Source: a virus (lineage: Duplodnaviria > Caudoviricetes). From it: a stretch of 57,062 nt of DNA. This document shows, piece after piece, positions 23,603 to 33,452 of this stretch. Below the pieces are notes generated by a model, which was not told where the DNA came from, did not search any database, and saw only the letters and a program-made list of their open reading frames with translations. The position numbers and the translations under genes were made by a program. Location of the stretch: IMG/VR virus record IMGVR_UViG_3300031623_000006, positions 1-57,062 of that record; one strand, written 5' to 3'. Positions within the stretch are counted from its first letter, which is position 1, and each line of letters begins with the position of its first letter.

Positions 23603-25270
23603 ATGCTGATAATCAGGCAAAACGCAACGCACAAAGTGGTCATCGGGCCGGTGGTGGCCGTCGGCGATGGCTTCACGCCAGTGACCACGCTTGACGAAGG
23701 TACGGCTGACGAAGCGGAAGCCATCCTGCACAACAACGGCACCGTCGTTGATATTTCCGGCGTTGGCTATCCGCTCGTGGCGATAACGACAGCCGATGGA
23801 TACTACCACCTGACGTTGGCAACGGGGATTACCAGCACCGTCGGTCACCTGACTGTGATTTACAACGACGACTCGCTGTGCCTGCCTGTCAGGGCTGACT
23901 TCACTGTGGTTGAGGAAGCGGTCTACGACAAGACATACAAGGCAGCGGCAACAGGTGTCGATGCGGACTGGACTCCACTTGGACGCTTGGACGTTTTGCT
24001 TGACGCTATCCCAACGACTGCCATGCGAGGCACGGACTCGGGAGCGTTGGCATCTGTTGCAACTGAGGCGAGGCTGGCTGAACTGGACGCCGCAAATCTC
24101 CCCACCGATGTTGCCGCTATCCCAACGACCGCAATGCGTGGAACTGATTCCGCCCTGACCGACAAGGCAGGCTTCTCGCTCTCGACGGCTGGGATTCTCG
24201 CGGTGTGGCATCAGGCGTTGACTGCGGTTGTGACGGCTGGAACGGTGGGCAAGCTGTTGAAAGATGAGATCACAGCCGCGAGGATGGCGGTGCTAACCGA
24301 CTGGATTGACGCTGGGCGATTGGACGCTCTGCTTGACGCTATCCCGACAACGGCGATGCGAGGCACAGACTCGGCAGCGTTGGCGAGTGTTGCCACAGAG
24401 GCGAGATTGGCGGAACTCGATGCTGCAAATCTTCCGACCGACATTGCAGCGATCCCGACGACCGCAATGCGCGGAACAGATTCAGCCGCGTTGGCATCTG
24501 TTGCGACCGAGGCGAGATTGGCTGAATTAGACGCAGCTAATATCCCAGCGGACATTGCAGCAATACCAACGACGGCCATGCGAGGTACAGACTCGGCCAA
24601 CACAACAACCCCGCCCACGGTCAACGCCATCGTCGATCAAGTGTGGGATGAAGCACAGGCCGACCACGTTGCGGTTGGCAGCTTCGGCGTAACCGCCAGT
24701 GAAATTGCAGCAATACCAACGACGGCCATGCGAGGCACAGACTCGGCGGCACTTGCTTCCGTTGCAACTGAGGCTCGCCTTGCCGAGTTGGATGCTGCAA
24801 ATCTCCCCACCGACATTGCAGCGATTCCGACGACAGCGATGAGGGGAACGGATTCGGCGGCACTCGCTTCCGTTGCAACTGAGGCTCGGCTTGCCGAGTT
24901 GGATGCTGCGAACCTTCCGACTGATATTGCAGCTATTCCGACGACAGCGATGAGGGGAACGGACAACGTGGTTCTGGCCGGTCCAACAAAAGCAGAGATG
25001 GATACGGCGCACGCGCTGCTTGCAACCCCCGCACAGGTTAACACTCAGGTCGTCGATGTGCTGCGAACCGACACGGCAGCCGAACTGTCCGCCGTTCCCG
25101 CAGCAAGCCCCGCGCTGCACACGATGATTCAGCTTCTCTACATGGCGCTAAGAAACAAAGTGGACGTGACTGCGAACAACAAGGAAGTCCATGTCGATGC
25201 TGGGACAGTCCTTGGAACGAAAACTCTTTCCGATGATGCCACAACCTACTCTGAAACGAAGATGGCATAA
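23603..25270 (+). CDS. Fibre-like virion protein with 37-aa tandem repeats
   Basis: 555 aa; AIPTTAMRGTD occurs 8 times; contains IVDQVWDE and AVWH motifs. Confidence 0.75.
   Translation: MLIIRQNATHKVVIGPVVAVGDGFTPVTTLDEGTADEAEAILHNNGTVVDISGVGYPLVAITTADGYYHLTLATGITSTVGHLTVIYNDDSLCLPVRADFTVVEEAVYDKTYKAAATGVDADWTPLGRLDVLLDAIPTTAMRGTDSGALASVATEARLAELDAANLPTDVAAIPTTAMRGTDSALTDKAGFSLSTAGILAVWHQALTAVVTAGTVGKLLKDEITAARMAVLTDWIDAGRLDALLDAIPTTAMRGTDSAALASVATEARLAELDAANLPTDIAAIPTTAMRGTDSAALASVATEARLAELDAANIPADIAAIPTTAMRGTDSANTTTPPTVNAIVDQVWDEAQADHVAVGSFGVTASEIAAIPTTAMRGTDSAALASVATEARLAELDAANLPTDIAAIPTTAMRGTDSAALASVATEARLAELDAANLPTDIAAIPTTAMRGTDNVVLAGPTKAEMDTAHALLATPAQVNTQVVDVLRTDTAAELSAVPAASPALHTMIQLLYMALRNKVDVTANNKEVHVDAGTVLGTKTLSDDATTYSETKMA
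24005..24964 (+). repeat. 111-bp coding tandem repeats
   Basis: Unit AIPTTAMRGTDSAALASVATEARLAELDAANLPTDIA; first two starts at 24005 and 24116; five full units with synonymous differences. Confidence 0.95.
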
Positions 25271-25273
25271 TGG

Positions 25274-25699
25274 CTATTTCTCGCGAGCTAACACGCAAGA
25301 ACATTTTCTTGAACAGCATGGACGTGATGTCCTTGGTTTTCTCTTTGGAGTAAAGTCGATTCCACATGCCGAACATTCCAGAACCATCTCAGTTTTCCAT
25401 GTTGTGTGCTTGCGTGGGTGATCTGCGCGGTTTGTAAGTTCCAAGTTTTTTAGGCGGTTGTCTGTTTTTATGCCGTTGATATGATGAACAAGTTCATGCG
25501 GAGAAAGGGGTCGGCCAAGTGATTCAGACATTACGAGTCGATGCTCCAGAACGTAACCTCTGCTGGTGCGCATTGGATGATCTGGCGGAACCAGTACAAG
25601 CACGTAGCCACTATCGAAGGAGCGACCAGTACGAAACCCATTACTGCGTTGGCCGAATCGCCCCTTGAGGGACTCGCCAGTTTTTCCGCGTTTTCCCAT
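25274..25699 (-). CDS. Free-standing HNH homing endonuclease, antisense to the late operon
   Basis: GYV.EHRLVM...LGRPL...E.VHHINGIKTDNRLKNLEL plus C-terminal CxxC...CSxxC. Confidence 0.9.
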   Translation of the reverse strand: MGKRGKTGESLKGRFGQRSNGFRTGRSFDSGYVLVLVPPDHPMRTSRGYVLEHRLVMSESLGRPLSPHELVHHINGIKTDNRLKNLELTNRADHPRKHTTWKTEMVLECSACGIDFTPKRKPRTSRPCCSRKCSCVLAREK

Positions 25700-25730
25700 A
25701 GTTTTTTTATTGCACCTTAGTGTTGCCAAT

Positions 25731-26030
25731 ATGACAATAGACACAGCAGAAAAGAGAAAGTCAGCAGCCAGCGTTGGGCATGTCTCCACCATGCCGAGCG
25801 TGACGCCGAATGCGTCGGCAGACTCGGAATGGCGACAGCAATCGGCGTGGAGCTATTCTGGGATTGACGTTGACGTTGACGTTCCCGCAGCCGGAAATCC
25901 GTTCTACCGTCCACTGGCTACGTCAGTATCCAGTACACGTAGGCTGTCACCAGCACAATCTGATACAATGCGTTCGCGTCCGTCAGTGAGTGACACCCGG
26001 CGAATTGCACCACCACAGGAAACCATGTAA
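25731..26030 (+). CDS. Small virion-associated hypothetical protein
   Basis: MTIDTAEKRKSA...WRQQSAWSYSGI; TAATG coupling to the next gene. Confidence 0.65.
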   Translation: MTIDTAEKRKSAASVGHVSTMPSVTPNASADSEWRQQSAWSYSGIDVDVDVPAAGNPFYRPLATSVSSTRRLSPAQSDTMRSRPSVSDTRRIAPPQETM

Positions 26031-27241
26031 TGGCCGAACAGCCACTATTCACATTCCAAGACGCTGTTGACCACGTAAGTGATGTGTTCGACATCGCCGG
26101 ACTGGACGCTACGTCAAAGCACTTCCGCGCCGCAAAGCGTGCCGTCGCCGATGCTTACCGGGATATCGTTCGGCTGCACGAGTGGAGTTACTACGAGCGG
26201 CACGGACAGATTACCACGGAAGCCGAACAGTCGTCATCGACTATCACATATGATCATACTGGCGGAACTTACGAGCGGATGGTGACCATCGCCGCTGGCA
26301 CATGGCCGACGAACGCTCGCTACATGCACATCATCATCGAAAGCCAGCGGTACAAGGTGGCAACACGAGAATCATCCACCGTCATCACGCTGACTCCCGA
26401 CACCAACCCCGGTGCTGACGTAGCCGCTGGAACGTCGTACAACATCTTCCGATCTGTTTACCCATTGCCGGTGAACTTCCGCCGCATGAGTCCGCTGATC
26501 GACTTGAAAAACAACTGGATGCTCAAGTACATCCCACCCGGAAAAGTCATGCACGCGCTGGTGGGGCGATACCAGCCACAAGATCCCGACAGTTTCACGA
26601 TTAGGAATCAGGGCGACTTCTACGGTGGGCTTTCTGTTGAGATGCTCCCGCCGCCATCAATTGCACGCACCTACGACTTCGCCGGAGAATTCGATCCCCG
26701 GGCATTGACAACGTACAAATACAATACGGGAACGGTGAGCAGCACAGCCGGGACGACTACTGTCACGGGTTCCGCTACGGTGTTTGCCGACGCACATATC
26801 GGTGACGTGATCCGCTTTGCCAAAGACAGCACCGACACACCGGACGGGCTGTATGGCGATCCGGGTGGAACCGACACGCCGTATGTTTCACAGAGGGTGA
26901 TTCTGGCAGTGGCAAGCACGACGTCAGTGACAATCGACGCCAGTGTTCCAGCCACAATATCTGGAGTCAACTACTCAATCAGTTCACCGTTGGACATCCC
27001 GACAAACGACATGATGAATCTGTTCCAGAGGATGTGTGAATCGGGGTATCGCAACCTCAACCCGAGAGAGTGCGGAATAAAGGAACGGCAGGAAGCTCGC
27101 ATGGAAGTCCAGTCTGCGCTAATACTTGCGATGCGTGCCGATGTTCACGACCGCAGCGACGGGCTGTATGACCGCTCAGGGTGGAGTACGCTGGACGACT
27201 TGGCGTTGCGGGGAACCGCAGCAGTTAACAGTTCTATCTAA
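26030..27241 (+). CDS. Putative head-tail adaptor or neck protein
   Basis: Helical termini around beta inserts, HEWSYY and YPLPVNF motifs; position before tail genes. Confidence 0.55.
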   Translation: MAEQPLFTFQDAVDHVSDVFDIAGLDATSKHFRAAKRAVADAYRDIVRLHEWSYYERHGQITTEAEQSSSTITYDHTGGTYERMVTIAAGTWPTNARYMHIIIESQRYKVATRESSTVITLTPDTNPGADVAAGTSYNIFRSVYPLPVNFRRMSPLIDLKNNWMLKYIPPGKVMHALVGRYQPQDPDSFTIRNQGDFYGGLSVEMLPPPSIARTYDFAGEFDPRALTTYKYNTGTVSSTAGTTTVTGSATVFADAHIGDVIRFAKDSTDTPDGLYGDPGGTDTPYVSQRVILAVASTTSVTIDASVPATISGVNYSISSPLDIPTNDMMNLFQRMCESGYRNLNPRECGIKERQEARMEVQSALILAMRADVHDRSDGLYDRSGWSTLDDLALRGTAAVNSSI

Positions 27242-27250
27242 GACGACCTG

Positions 27251-27763
27251 ATGGCAGACGCAGTTCAATACGACATCATGCTGGCTGTCCAGACGGGACT
27301 GCGAGCTTTGACGTTCGCGGCACAGGGTAGCGAACCTATCCCAACAATAACTGACGCAGCAATCGTCTTCGCAAAGTCGGGACACAAGACACGTCGGACA
27401 AATCGAAAAATGCCGGGCTGGCTGATTTCACCCGGAAATCGAATCGAGATGCAAAGAACGGCAGGAGAGAACAAGCGTGACGACGTGTGGTATCCGTTCC
27501 TTTGCCAGTTACTGATAAGCGACCACCAGCACGACACGTTGTTTCTGCGGACATCCATGAAGTGGCTGGAGCAGGCGTGCAAGAAGTTTCGGAACCAAGA
27601 TATCGGCGTAAGTTCAATCAGCAGCAACGAGGGTGGAGTCACGTGGAACTGCGAAGCGTCGGTGGTTTACACAGTCGATGAGAGCCAGTGGCTGAAATGC
27701 GAAGGTTTTATTGGCGGCGTGGAATTACGATTCGGGGCATACGAACCACGCGGCACATCTTAA
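27251..27763 (+). CDS. Putative tail completion protein
   Basis: 170 aa, immediately upstream of the tube gene; call rests mostly on position. Confidence 0.45.
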   Translation: MADAVQYDIMLAVQTGLRALTFAAQGSEPIPTITDAAIVFAKSGHKTRRTNRKMPGWLISPGNRIEMQRTAGENKRDDVWYPFLCQLLISDHQHDTLFLRTSMKWLEQACKKFRNQDIGVSSISSNEGGVTWNCEASVVYTVDESQWLKCEGFIGGVELRFGAYEPRGTS

Positions 27764-27778
27764 TACGAGGGACAGACT

Positions 27779-28702
27779 ATGACCGGACAATCCCAAGGCG
27801 CACTCGCCCAACTCTGCATGGACACGGCACTGCCGATTGACACGTCCAGCCTGCCGTTGCATTTTTACAAATCAACGCTGTCGGCAAAGTACGAGTTGAT
27901 TGATGACGGTTCCCAATCTATGCGTGGCGAGCGTTCGCATATCGAGGAGCGTGTCAGCACAGGATTGATCGACGTGTCGGGTTCGATCTTCGCCTACGCC
28001 TCACCAGACGAACTCGACAACTGGTTGCCGTTTGCGTTGGGTACGGCCGCTGCAGGTGATGTGTTCGCAGTGGCCGACGTTGGACTTGAACGGTGGTTTG
28101 AAATCGACAATGTCACCAAAGTCCACACTTTCAACTCGTGCTTCTGCGATCAGATGATTATCTCCGGGCAGAAGGGACAGCCGGTTTCTTACGAGTTTCG
28201 CATCATTGGAACTTCCGTGACTGAATCTGCGGCTGGAGACTTCCCTGCGCTGACGTTCAGCACGCAAAGGTTCTCGGCGTTCCATGAGGGTGTATTGACG
28301 ATGCAGAGTACGTCGCACCTGTTCGATCGGTTCGTTCTGGTAATCGATAACCACCTGGAGCGAAATTACAACAGCTTACCGACAGCGACCGACATTGTTC
28401 CTCGCGACCGCACAGTGACTCTCTACACATCCACGCCGTACACTAGCACGGAGTCGGGATTGCTTACGACTCCCGCCGCGTTGGATGGAACATGGGCCAC
28501 GTTCGACCCCGCTGGTGCTGCCGCGTCTCTCGTCTTCACTAACGGTGCAACATCAACTTCGATTGCCATCGGTAATCTTAAAATCACCCCACGCACGCCA
28601 GAGAACGCGGGCAAGCGACAGATTCGACTGCCGATTAAGGCCAAGGCATACAAGACAGGTTCCACTGACGAAATCAAGATTACTCACGATGCGACTCCAT
28701 GA
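27779..28702 (+). CDS. Putative tail tube protein
   Basis: GAGG site; beta-rich 307 aa with G.RS...VSGSI...L..ALG and IDNHL...R.VT patterns typical of tube proteins. Confidence 0.7.
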   Translation: MTGQSQGALAQLCMDTALPIDTSSLPLHFYKSTLSAKYELIDDGSQSMRGERSHIEERVSTGLIDVSGSIFAYASPDELDNWLPFALGTAAAGDVFAVADVGLERWFEIDNVTKVHTFNSCFCDQMIISGQKGQPVSYEFRIIGTSVTESAAGDFPALTFSTQRFSAFHEGVLTMQSTSHLFDRFVLVIDNHLERNYNSLPTATDIVPRDRTVTLYTSTPYTSTESGLLTTPAALDGTWATFDPAGAAASLVFTNGATSTSIAIGNLKITPRTPENAGKRQIRLPIKAKAYKTGSTDEIKITHDATP

Positions 28703-29469
28703 ACGACGGTGACCTCAGACGCGAACTTAAAGAGCAGTTGGCAAACGCTGCAAGCCGACGCGATGAAGATGCGCAGCAAGAACGGGTTACTCAGGAACGC
28801 CAAGAACAGAACGACGATGCTTCTGCCGACGTGGCGGAAGTGGACGATGACGCTGAACCCGTAGAAGCTGAAGAGCAATCCGAACCGCTGGAGATAACAC
28901 AGGAGACCCCCGAGACTGTTGCGGACGTATCCGAAGTTGATGATGACGCAGCACCCGTCGAACAGCCAAAACCGATGGATGTGCCACAGGAGTCACCCGA
29001 GACTGTTGCGGATGTGTCTGAGGTTGATACCGACACCGAACGACCGTCGATACCGGACGCCATCGAGATACCATCAATAGAGTCAGAAGCCGACGTCGCT
29101 GAGGTAGACGAGGAACCAAAGCCTGAATCGCCGGTTCCACTGGAGATGCCACAGACTGCAGCACAGCAGCCATTCTCGCAATCCGCTGCACCCAGCGAGT
29201 CTGTGCAAGATGTTGCGGAAGTGGATGAGGATGCACCCCCACAACTAGAACGCCCACAACCGTCGGATGCCATTCAATCGGAAACGCAACAGGCTGAACT
29301 CACCCTGAATATCAACGTGACTGTCGGGATGGCTGAAGATGCAGGGCAGCAGATTGCCGACAAGGTGACTCCAGTTATCCAAACCATGCTTGCCGACTTC
29401 CAAGCGCAGGCCGAGGATTCCGTTGCAGACGCAATCGGACTGGCTGACCGTGGGGGGACAACCTCTTGA
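28699..29469 (+). CDS. Acidic repeat protein in the tape-measure position
   Basis: Five (A/Q)DV(A/S)EVD repeats; C-terminal LTLNINVTV...IADKV segment. Confidence 0.6.
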   Translation: MNDGDLRRELKEQLANAASRRDEDAQQERVTQERQEQNDDASADVAEVDDDAEPVEAEEQSEPLEITQETPETVADVSEVDDDAAPVEQPKPMDVPQESPETVADVSEVDTDTERPSIPDAIEIPSIESEADVAEVDEEPKPESPVPLEMPQTAAQQPFSQSAAPSESVQDVAEVDEDAPPQLERPQPSDAIQSETQQAELTLNINVTVGMAEDAGQQIADKVTPVIQTMLADFQAQAEDSVADAIGLADRGGTTS

Positions 29470-30206
29470 TAGGAACCTACGGAAACTACTCGCACGCCAA
29501 CAATGAAATTTGGCTGCACAACATCAGCTACGACCAGAAGTACAGCGCCGTTGGGCGTCCGACATTCAAAACAGCCCGATTCACCATCAGGGGCGTTAAG
29601 AAAGCTGCTTCTGTCGCCGCGTTGACGACTGCACTGCAATCACTCCAGAACGCATACGACTTCGACGGGTACAATTTCCAGCTAACAGACAACGACGGCA
29701 ACAGCACGGTCCACAGGATTCAGAGCAATCTGATGGTTGATGGCATACAGGTCAAGAACTTTTCCTACCTGACAGGCACGGTTTCAGTTGGTGGCTCATA
29801 CGGCTCTGGTTCAGAGTACGTCCAGACACGCACGTTCCAGATTGTTCTTGAAGGCAAGATTCTCAACGGCAACTCAGAGTATTCTCAGTTCAGGGAATCA
29901 GTACGGCTGATGGGTAACGGAGGCCCGAGGTTCAAGATGGCCGGTTCGCTTACGGGAGCGGTTCAAGTTCAAGTCCTGCAGCAGTTCACACCCTACAAGG
30001 TGATTCAATCAGGTTTTGCTGTAGGGTTCCTCGATTACCCATCCGTTCCGTCTCCGATATGGCCGGGTGCGCTGCACGGCGACACGATAGTCGAAGAGAT
30101 AGTTACCCCACAGTTTGGGACGACGTTCAATACAAACTACCCAGTGCGGTGGCGGTATGAGTTCGAGTCGGCAGTCGCCCTGTCAGGCTCCCCATTAGGA
30201 ATTTGA
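29466..30206 (+). CDS. Putative distal tail or baseplate protein
   Basis: TTG start overlapping the upstream stop; 246 aa beta-rich; call rests on position. Confidence 0.55.
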   Translation: MIGTYGNYSHANNEIWLHNISYDQKYSAVGRPTFKTARFTIRGVKKAASVAALTTALQSLQNAYDFDGYNFQLTDNDGNSTVHRIQSNLMVDGIQVKNFSYLTGTVSVGGSYGSGSEYVQTRTFQIVLEGKILNGNSEYSQFRESVRLMGNGGPRFKMAGSLTGAVQVQVLQQFTPYKVIQSGFAVGFLDYPSVPSPIWPGALHGDTIVEEIVTPQFGTTFNTNYPVRWRYEFESAVALSGSPLGI

Positions 30207-30209
30207 ATC

Positions 30210-30392
30210 ATGGCAGAGAAACCAAAAAGCAAGTTATTCAAAGATATTGAAGGCATGCCATTTGGAAGACTGACAGTCGTGTCCTGTGCCGGGAGTGACC
30301 ACAAAAGGAGATCCATGTGGAACTGCAAGTGCGAGTGTGGGAATGAAGAGAACCACACTCCAGCAGAGAGTCTATTGTTGCGGATGGTCTGA
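30210..30392 (+). pseudogene. Remnant of an AP2/HNH-type homing endonuclease N-terminal module
   Basis: DIEGMPFGRLTVV...WNCKCECGN then premature end; no nuclease domain. Confidence 0.7.
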
Positions 30393-30448
30393 CGAGAGGG
30401 CTGTCCTTACTCCAGTGCGTACAACACAGAAGAAAGTAGAGGTGTCCA

Positions 30449-31792
30449 ATGGCTGAGCCGTGCTGGGTGGGCGGATCATCTTGGATTCCGCAGAAATCCA
30501 CAATAACGATTGCATTGACGTGGGCGACAGCAGACACCGCTACGATTACGATCAACGGCAACGACCTCGTTGTAACAGTAGGGACAGACGCCACGACTGC
30601 GAATGTTGCCACACTCATCAAGGAGGCAATTAACGGCGATACGCAGACAGGCACTGGAGACCACACGATCTTGCCGACGTTCGCCAACAGCGGCGGGCAG
30701 GCGATCAATGAGTTCACAGAAGTCATTGCCACAGTGGCGGCATCCGTCGTCACGGTAACGACAACCGATGCAGTGAACGCCAACAAGCCGGGCAAGCCAT
30801 TCACGATGACTGAGGTCGTTGTAACTGCTGGTAACGGCACTGCCGTTGTGGCTGAATCTCAGGCACCCACGGGTCCGCACCACGCAGACAACTTGGACAA
30901 CTGGAGTACAGGAGCCATCCCAACCACTTCTGACAATGTGGTATTTGACGGCAGAGCGTTGTACGACTGCCTGTATGGACTGGACTTCTCGTCCGTGGTT
31001 ACGACTTCAGTTAAGGTCACCAACGGGTTCATTAAGAACCTCGGCTTGCCTGCGATCAACTCTGACTCACAGACCAAAAAGTATGAGGAGTACCGGGGGA
31101 CGTACTTTCAGATAAGAACCTCGACGGTGGACGTTGTCGGAGCAGGCAGCGGTTCACAGCGAGTTAAGATTGACGCCGGTTCTGCAACAGCGACTACCGT
31201 CAACGTATCGTCGAACGGCAGGAAATCCGGTGGTGGACAAGAGGCTGCGATTCCAGCGTTTCTGTTCAAGGGAACCAATGCAGCCAATATCCTGCGAGTC
31301 ACGAAGGGTGACGTTGGGGTTGCGTTCTTCGACGGAGAGGCTGCACATCTTGCAACTCTGCACGTTGGACCCGGACAGGATGCCGTTGTTCAATGCGGAG
31401 ACGGCGTGGATATTGCCAACGCTGCAATCACGCAGTCTGGTGGACTGCTGACAATCGACGCTGCCACCGGGACTGGAACCATCATCCAGACAGGCGGGAA
31501 CATCACGATTAAGTCAGGCGCACACGCTGCGATTACGGCACAGGACTCGTTCGTTGTGTATGAGTCATCCGGCACAGTCACCACCCTCACGGCAAGGGCT
31601 GGTGGGAACGTGACATTCAGCACAGACGTCGCAAGGACTGTCACCAACACGGTTCTGTACGCAGACTGCACCATGTCAGACTTAGGAAAGACTGTCACCC
31701 CAACGAACGGGTGGGATCTCAGTGGGTGCGGATTAGAAGACGTTACACTGGCAGTCGGCAAACACCTGACAATAACCCCAACGGCAATATGA
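30449..31792 (+). CDS. Tail or virion structural protein, probable beta-helix C-terminus
   Basis: GAGGTG site; NWS.GA.P...D.V.FD motif followed by Gly/Thr-rich beta repeats. Confidence 0.7.
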   Translation: MAEPCWVGGSSWIPQKSTITIALTWATADTATITINGNDLVVTVGTDATTANVATLIKEAINGDTQTGTGDHTILPTFANSGGQAINEFTEVIATVAASVVTVTTTDAVNANKPGKPFTMTEVVVTAGNGTAVVAESQAPTGPHHADNLDNWSTGAIPTTSDNVVFDGRALYDCLYGLDFSSVVTTSVKVTNGFIKNLGLPAINSDSQTKKYEEYRGTYFQIRTSTVDVVGAGSGSQRVKIDAGSATATTVNVSSNGRKSGGGQEAAIPAFLFKGTNAANILRVTKGDVGVAFFDGEAAHLATLHVGPGQDAVVQCGDGVDIANAAITQSGGLLTIDAATGTGTIIQTGGNITIKSGAHAAITAQDSFVVYESSGTVTTLTARAGGNVTFSTDVARTVTNTVLYADCTMSDLGKTVTPTNGWDLSGCGLEDVTLAVGKHLTITPTAI

Positions 31793-31793
31793 C

Positions 31794-33452
31794 ATGGCAG
31801 ACCAGCTTGGACACGTTTCATTTCCAGGCGTCAACCAAGTCCGAAGCTGCACATACACTCGGGGATTGGGGACGCTGCCGGACGTATTCCACATGCGGAT
31901 TGTTCCGCAGACGGGTGCGATACTGAGTTCTGGAACCGTCGCCATGTCGTTCCACGGAACGGGCGTGTCGTTCCCAAACTGCGTTGTTGACCGTGCCAGC
32001 ATGAACCTGACGCAACGACTGCAGGTTGTGACAATCAAGATCTTCGACAGGCGGATACACTGGAAGTACAAAGTAGTCAACGGGTACTACAATGCCCGGT
32101 TCGCCGATGGGACAATCCAGAGCGGAACTGAGCAGACCCCACAGCAGCTTGCCGAGAAACTGCTGGATGCGATGGGTGAGTTCGGGTACGACGTTTCTGC
32201 ACTTCCGAATACGGACAACCCGACGGTTGATTGGGACTACGCCAACGCTGGCAATGAACTGAGTAAGCTCTGCGAACGCAGGGGCTGCGTCATTTCCCTT
32301 GACCTCGATAACAGGGTGAGGATATATCAGGCTGGAAGCGGCGCAAGCAACCCGACCGCTGACATTGTCTCCATCTCGTTCGGCGTCAACCCGCCTGAAC
32401 CACCCAGCCAGATACTGGTCATCGGAAATTACACCCTCGTGCAATCCAAACTGCTGCTGGAAGCGGTGGGACTGGACACTGACGGGACAATCAAGCTGAT
32501 TGATGACCTGTCGTACAAACCCGCTGCGGGGTGGGATGACGAGACTCCCAAAATGACTAACACGAGGGCACAAGCCCGAGCGCTGTTGCTTCAGGGGGAA
32601 GAAGAGGTTTTGTACGAACTCGCCAAGAAGTCTGTCTGGAAGTGGTATCGAATCAAGTCACAGTCGGACGGGTCATTGGATATCCCTGGGTACAACGGTG
32701 ACTCGACTGGACTCTGGCAGATACTACCAGTCAGGAACCGCAAGGTTGATACGACACCCGATATCGATGGTATCGAGAGGCCACAGACGGCAACTGTCCA
32801 GGGCGTTCATTTTACACATGATATCCAAGGAAACACCGCTGCAAAGGAAGTTGTTGTTACGCCATTCTCAATCGACAAGGAGCTTGGAATAGTCAAGTTC
32901 AGTGAGCCTGTGTATCGGAAGTCAACGATAGCGGACTTCATTGGTGAGGGAAAATTATTCCCAGCCACCCTGTACCTCGAAACGTCCTACTACGTCCAAC
33001 ACTCTGACACACGCCGGTTCGAGAGATACGAGAGAGGACTGACACTTGGGCCAGGAAACGGCACGCAGATCATTCGACGGAACGACATCTATCAGATCGT
33101 CATTGGTGAATACAAGACAGACGACCCAACCGTGCTAGAGAATGTCACCACCAACACTCAGGCAGCGGACGCCGAAGCAGAGGCGAACCTGACAGCAGCG
33201 GCAGCGAATTACCCGACTGCCAAAACAATCAACGTCAACTACAATGGCATCATCAGAATCTCAACCAGCGGCGTTACGAGACAGGTGACGTGGGTGATGG
33301 ACATGCAGCGTGGATTCAATACACTGGCGTTTATGAACAACGAAGCACAGGTGGGTGTCCTGTCGGGGTTTGAGCGACGACGCATTGAACACCTCAGAGA
33401 CGAGCAGCACCGGTCTGACAGGATCGGCGACGTTCGTTGGGAGAATCACTAA
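31794..33452 (+). CDS. Putative baseplate hub or tail tip protein
   Basis: 552 aa; DRR..W, L...LLDAMGE...D...LP and EL..LC...G motifs; position in the tail module. Confidence 0.6.
   Translation: MADQLGHVSFPGVNQVRSCTYTRGLGTLPDVFHMRIVPQTGAILSSGTVAMSFHGTGVSFPNCVVDRASMNLTQRLQVVTIKIFDRRIHWKYKVVNGYYNARFADGTIQSGTEQTPQQLAEKLLDAMGEFGYDVSALPNTDNPTVDWDYANAGNELSKLCERRGCVISLDLDNRVRIYQAGSGASNPTADIVSISFGVNPPEPPSQILVIGNYTLVQSKLLLEAVGLDTDGTIKLIDDLSYKPAAGWDDETPKMTNTRAQARALLLQGEEEVLYELAKKSVWKWYRIKSQSDGSLDIPGYNGDSTGLWQILPVRNRKVDTTPDIDGIERPQTATVQGVHFTHDIQGNTAAKEVVVTPFSIDKELGIVKFSEPVYRKSTIADFIGEGKLFPATLYLETSYYVQHSDTRRFERYERGLTLGPGNGTQIIRRNDIYQIVIGEYKTDDPTVLENVTTNTQAADAEAEANLTAAAANYPTAKTINVNYNGIIRISTSGVTRQVTWVMDMQRGFNTLAFMNNEAQVGVLSGFERRRIEHLRDEQHRSDRIGDVRWENH

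Noticed and set aside
23603-25270. Diversity-generating retroelement template and variable repeats
   Set aside because: Differences between repeats are mostly synonymous rather than adenine-specific, and no reverse transcriptase is present in the window.
31818-32573. Long antisense ORFs such as 31818-32573, 7621-8475, 9082-9891 and 15733-16623
   Set aside because: They are shadows of well-supported genes on the opposite strand in GC-rich DNA and have no recognisable motifs.
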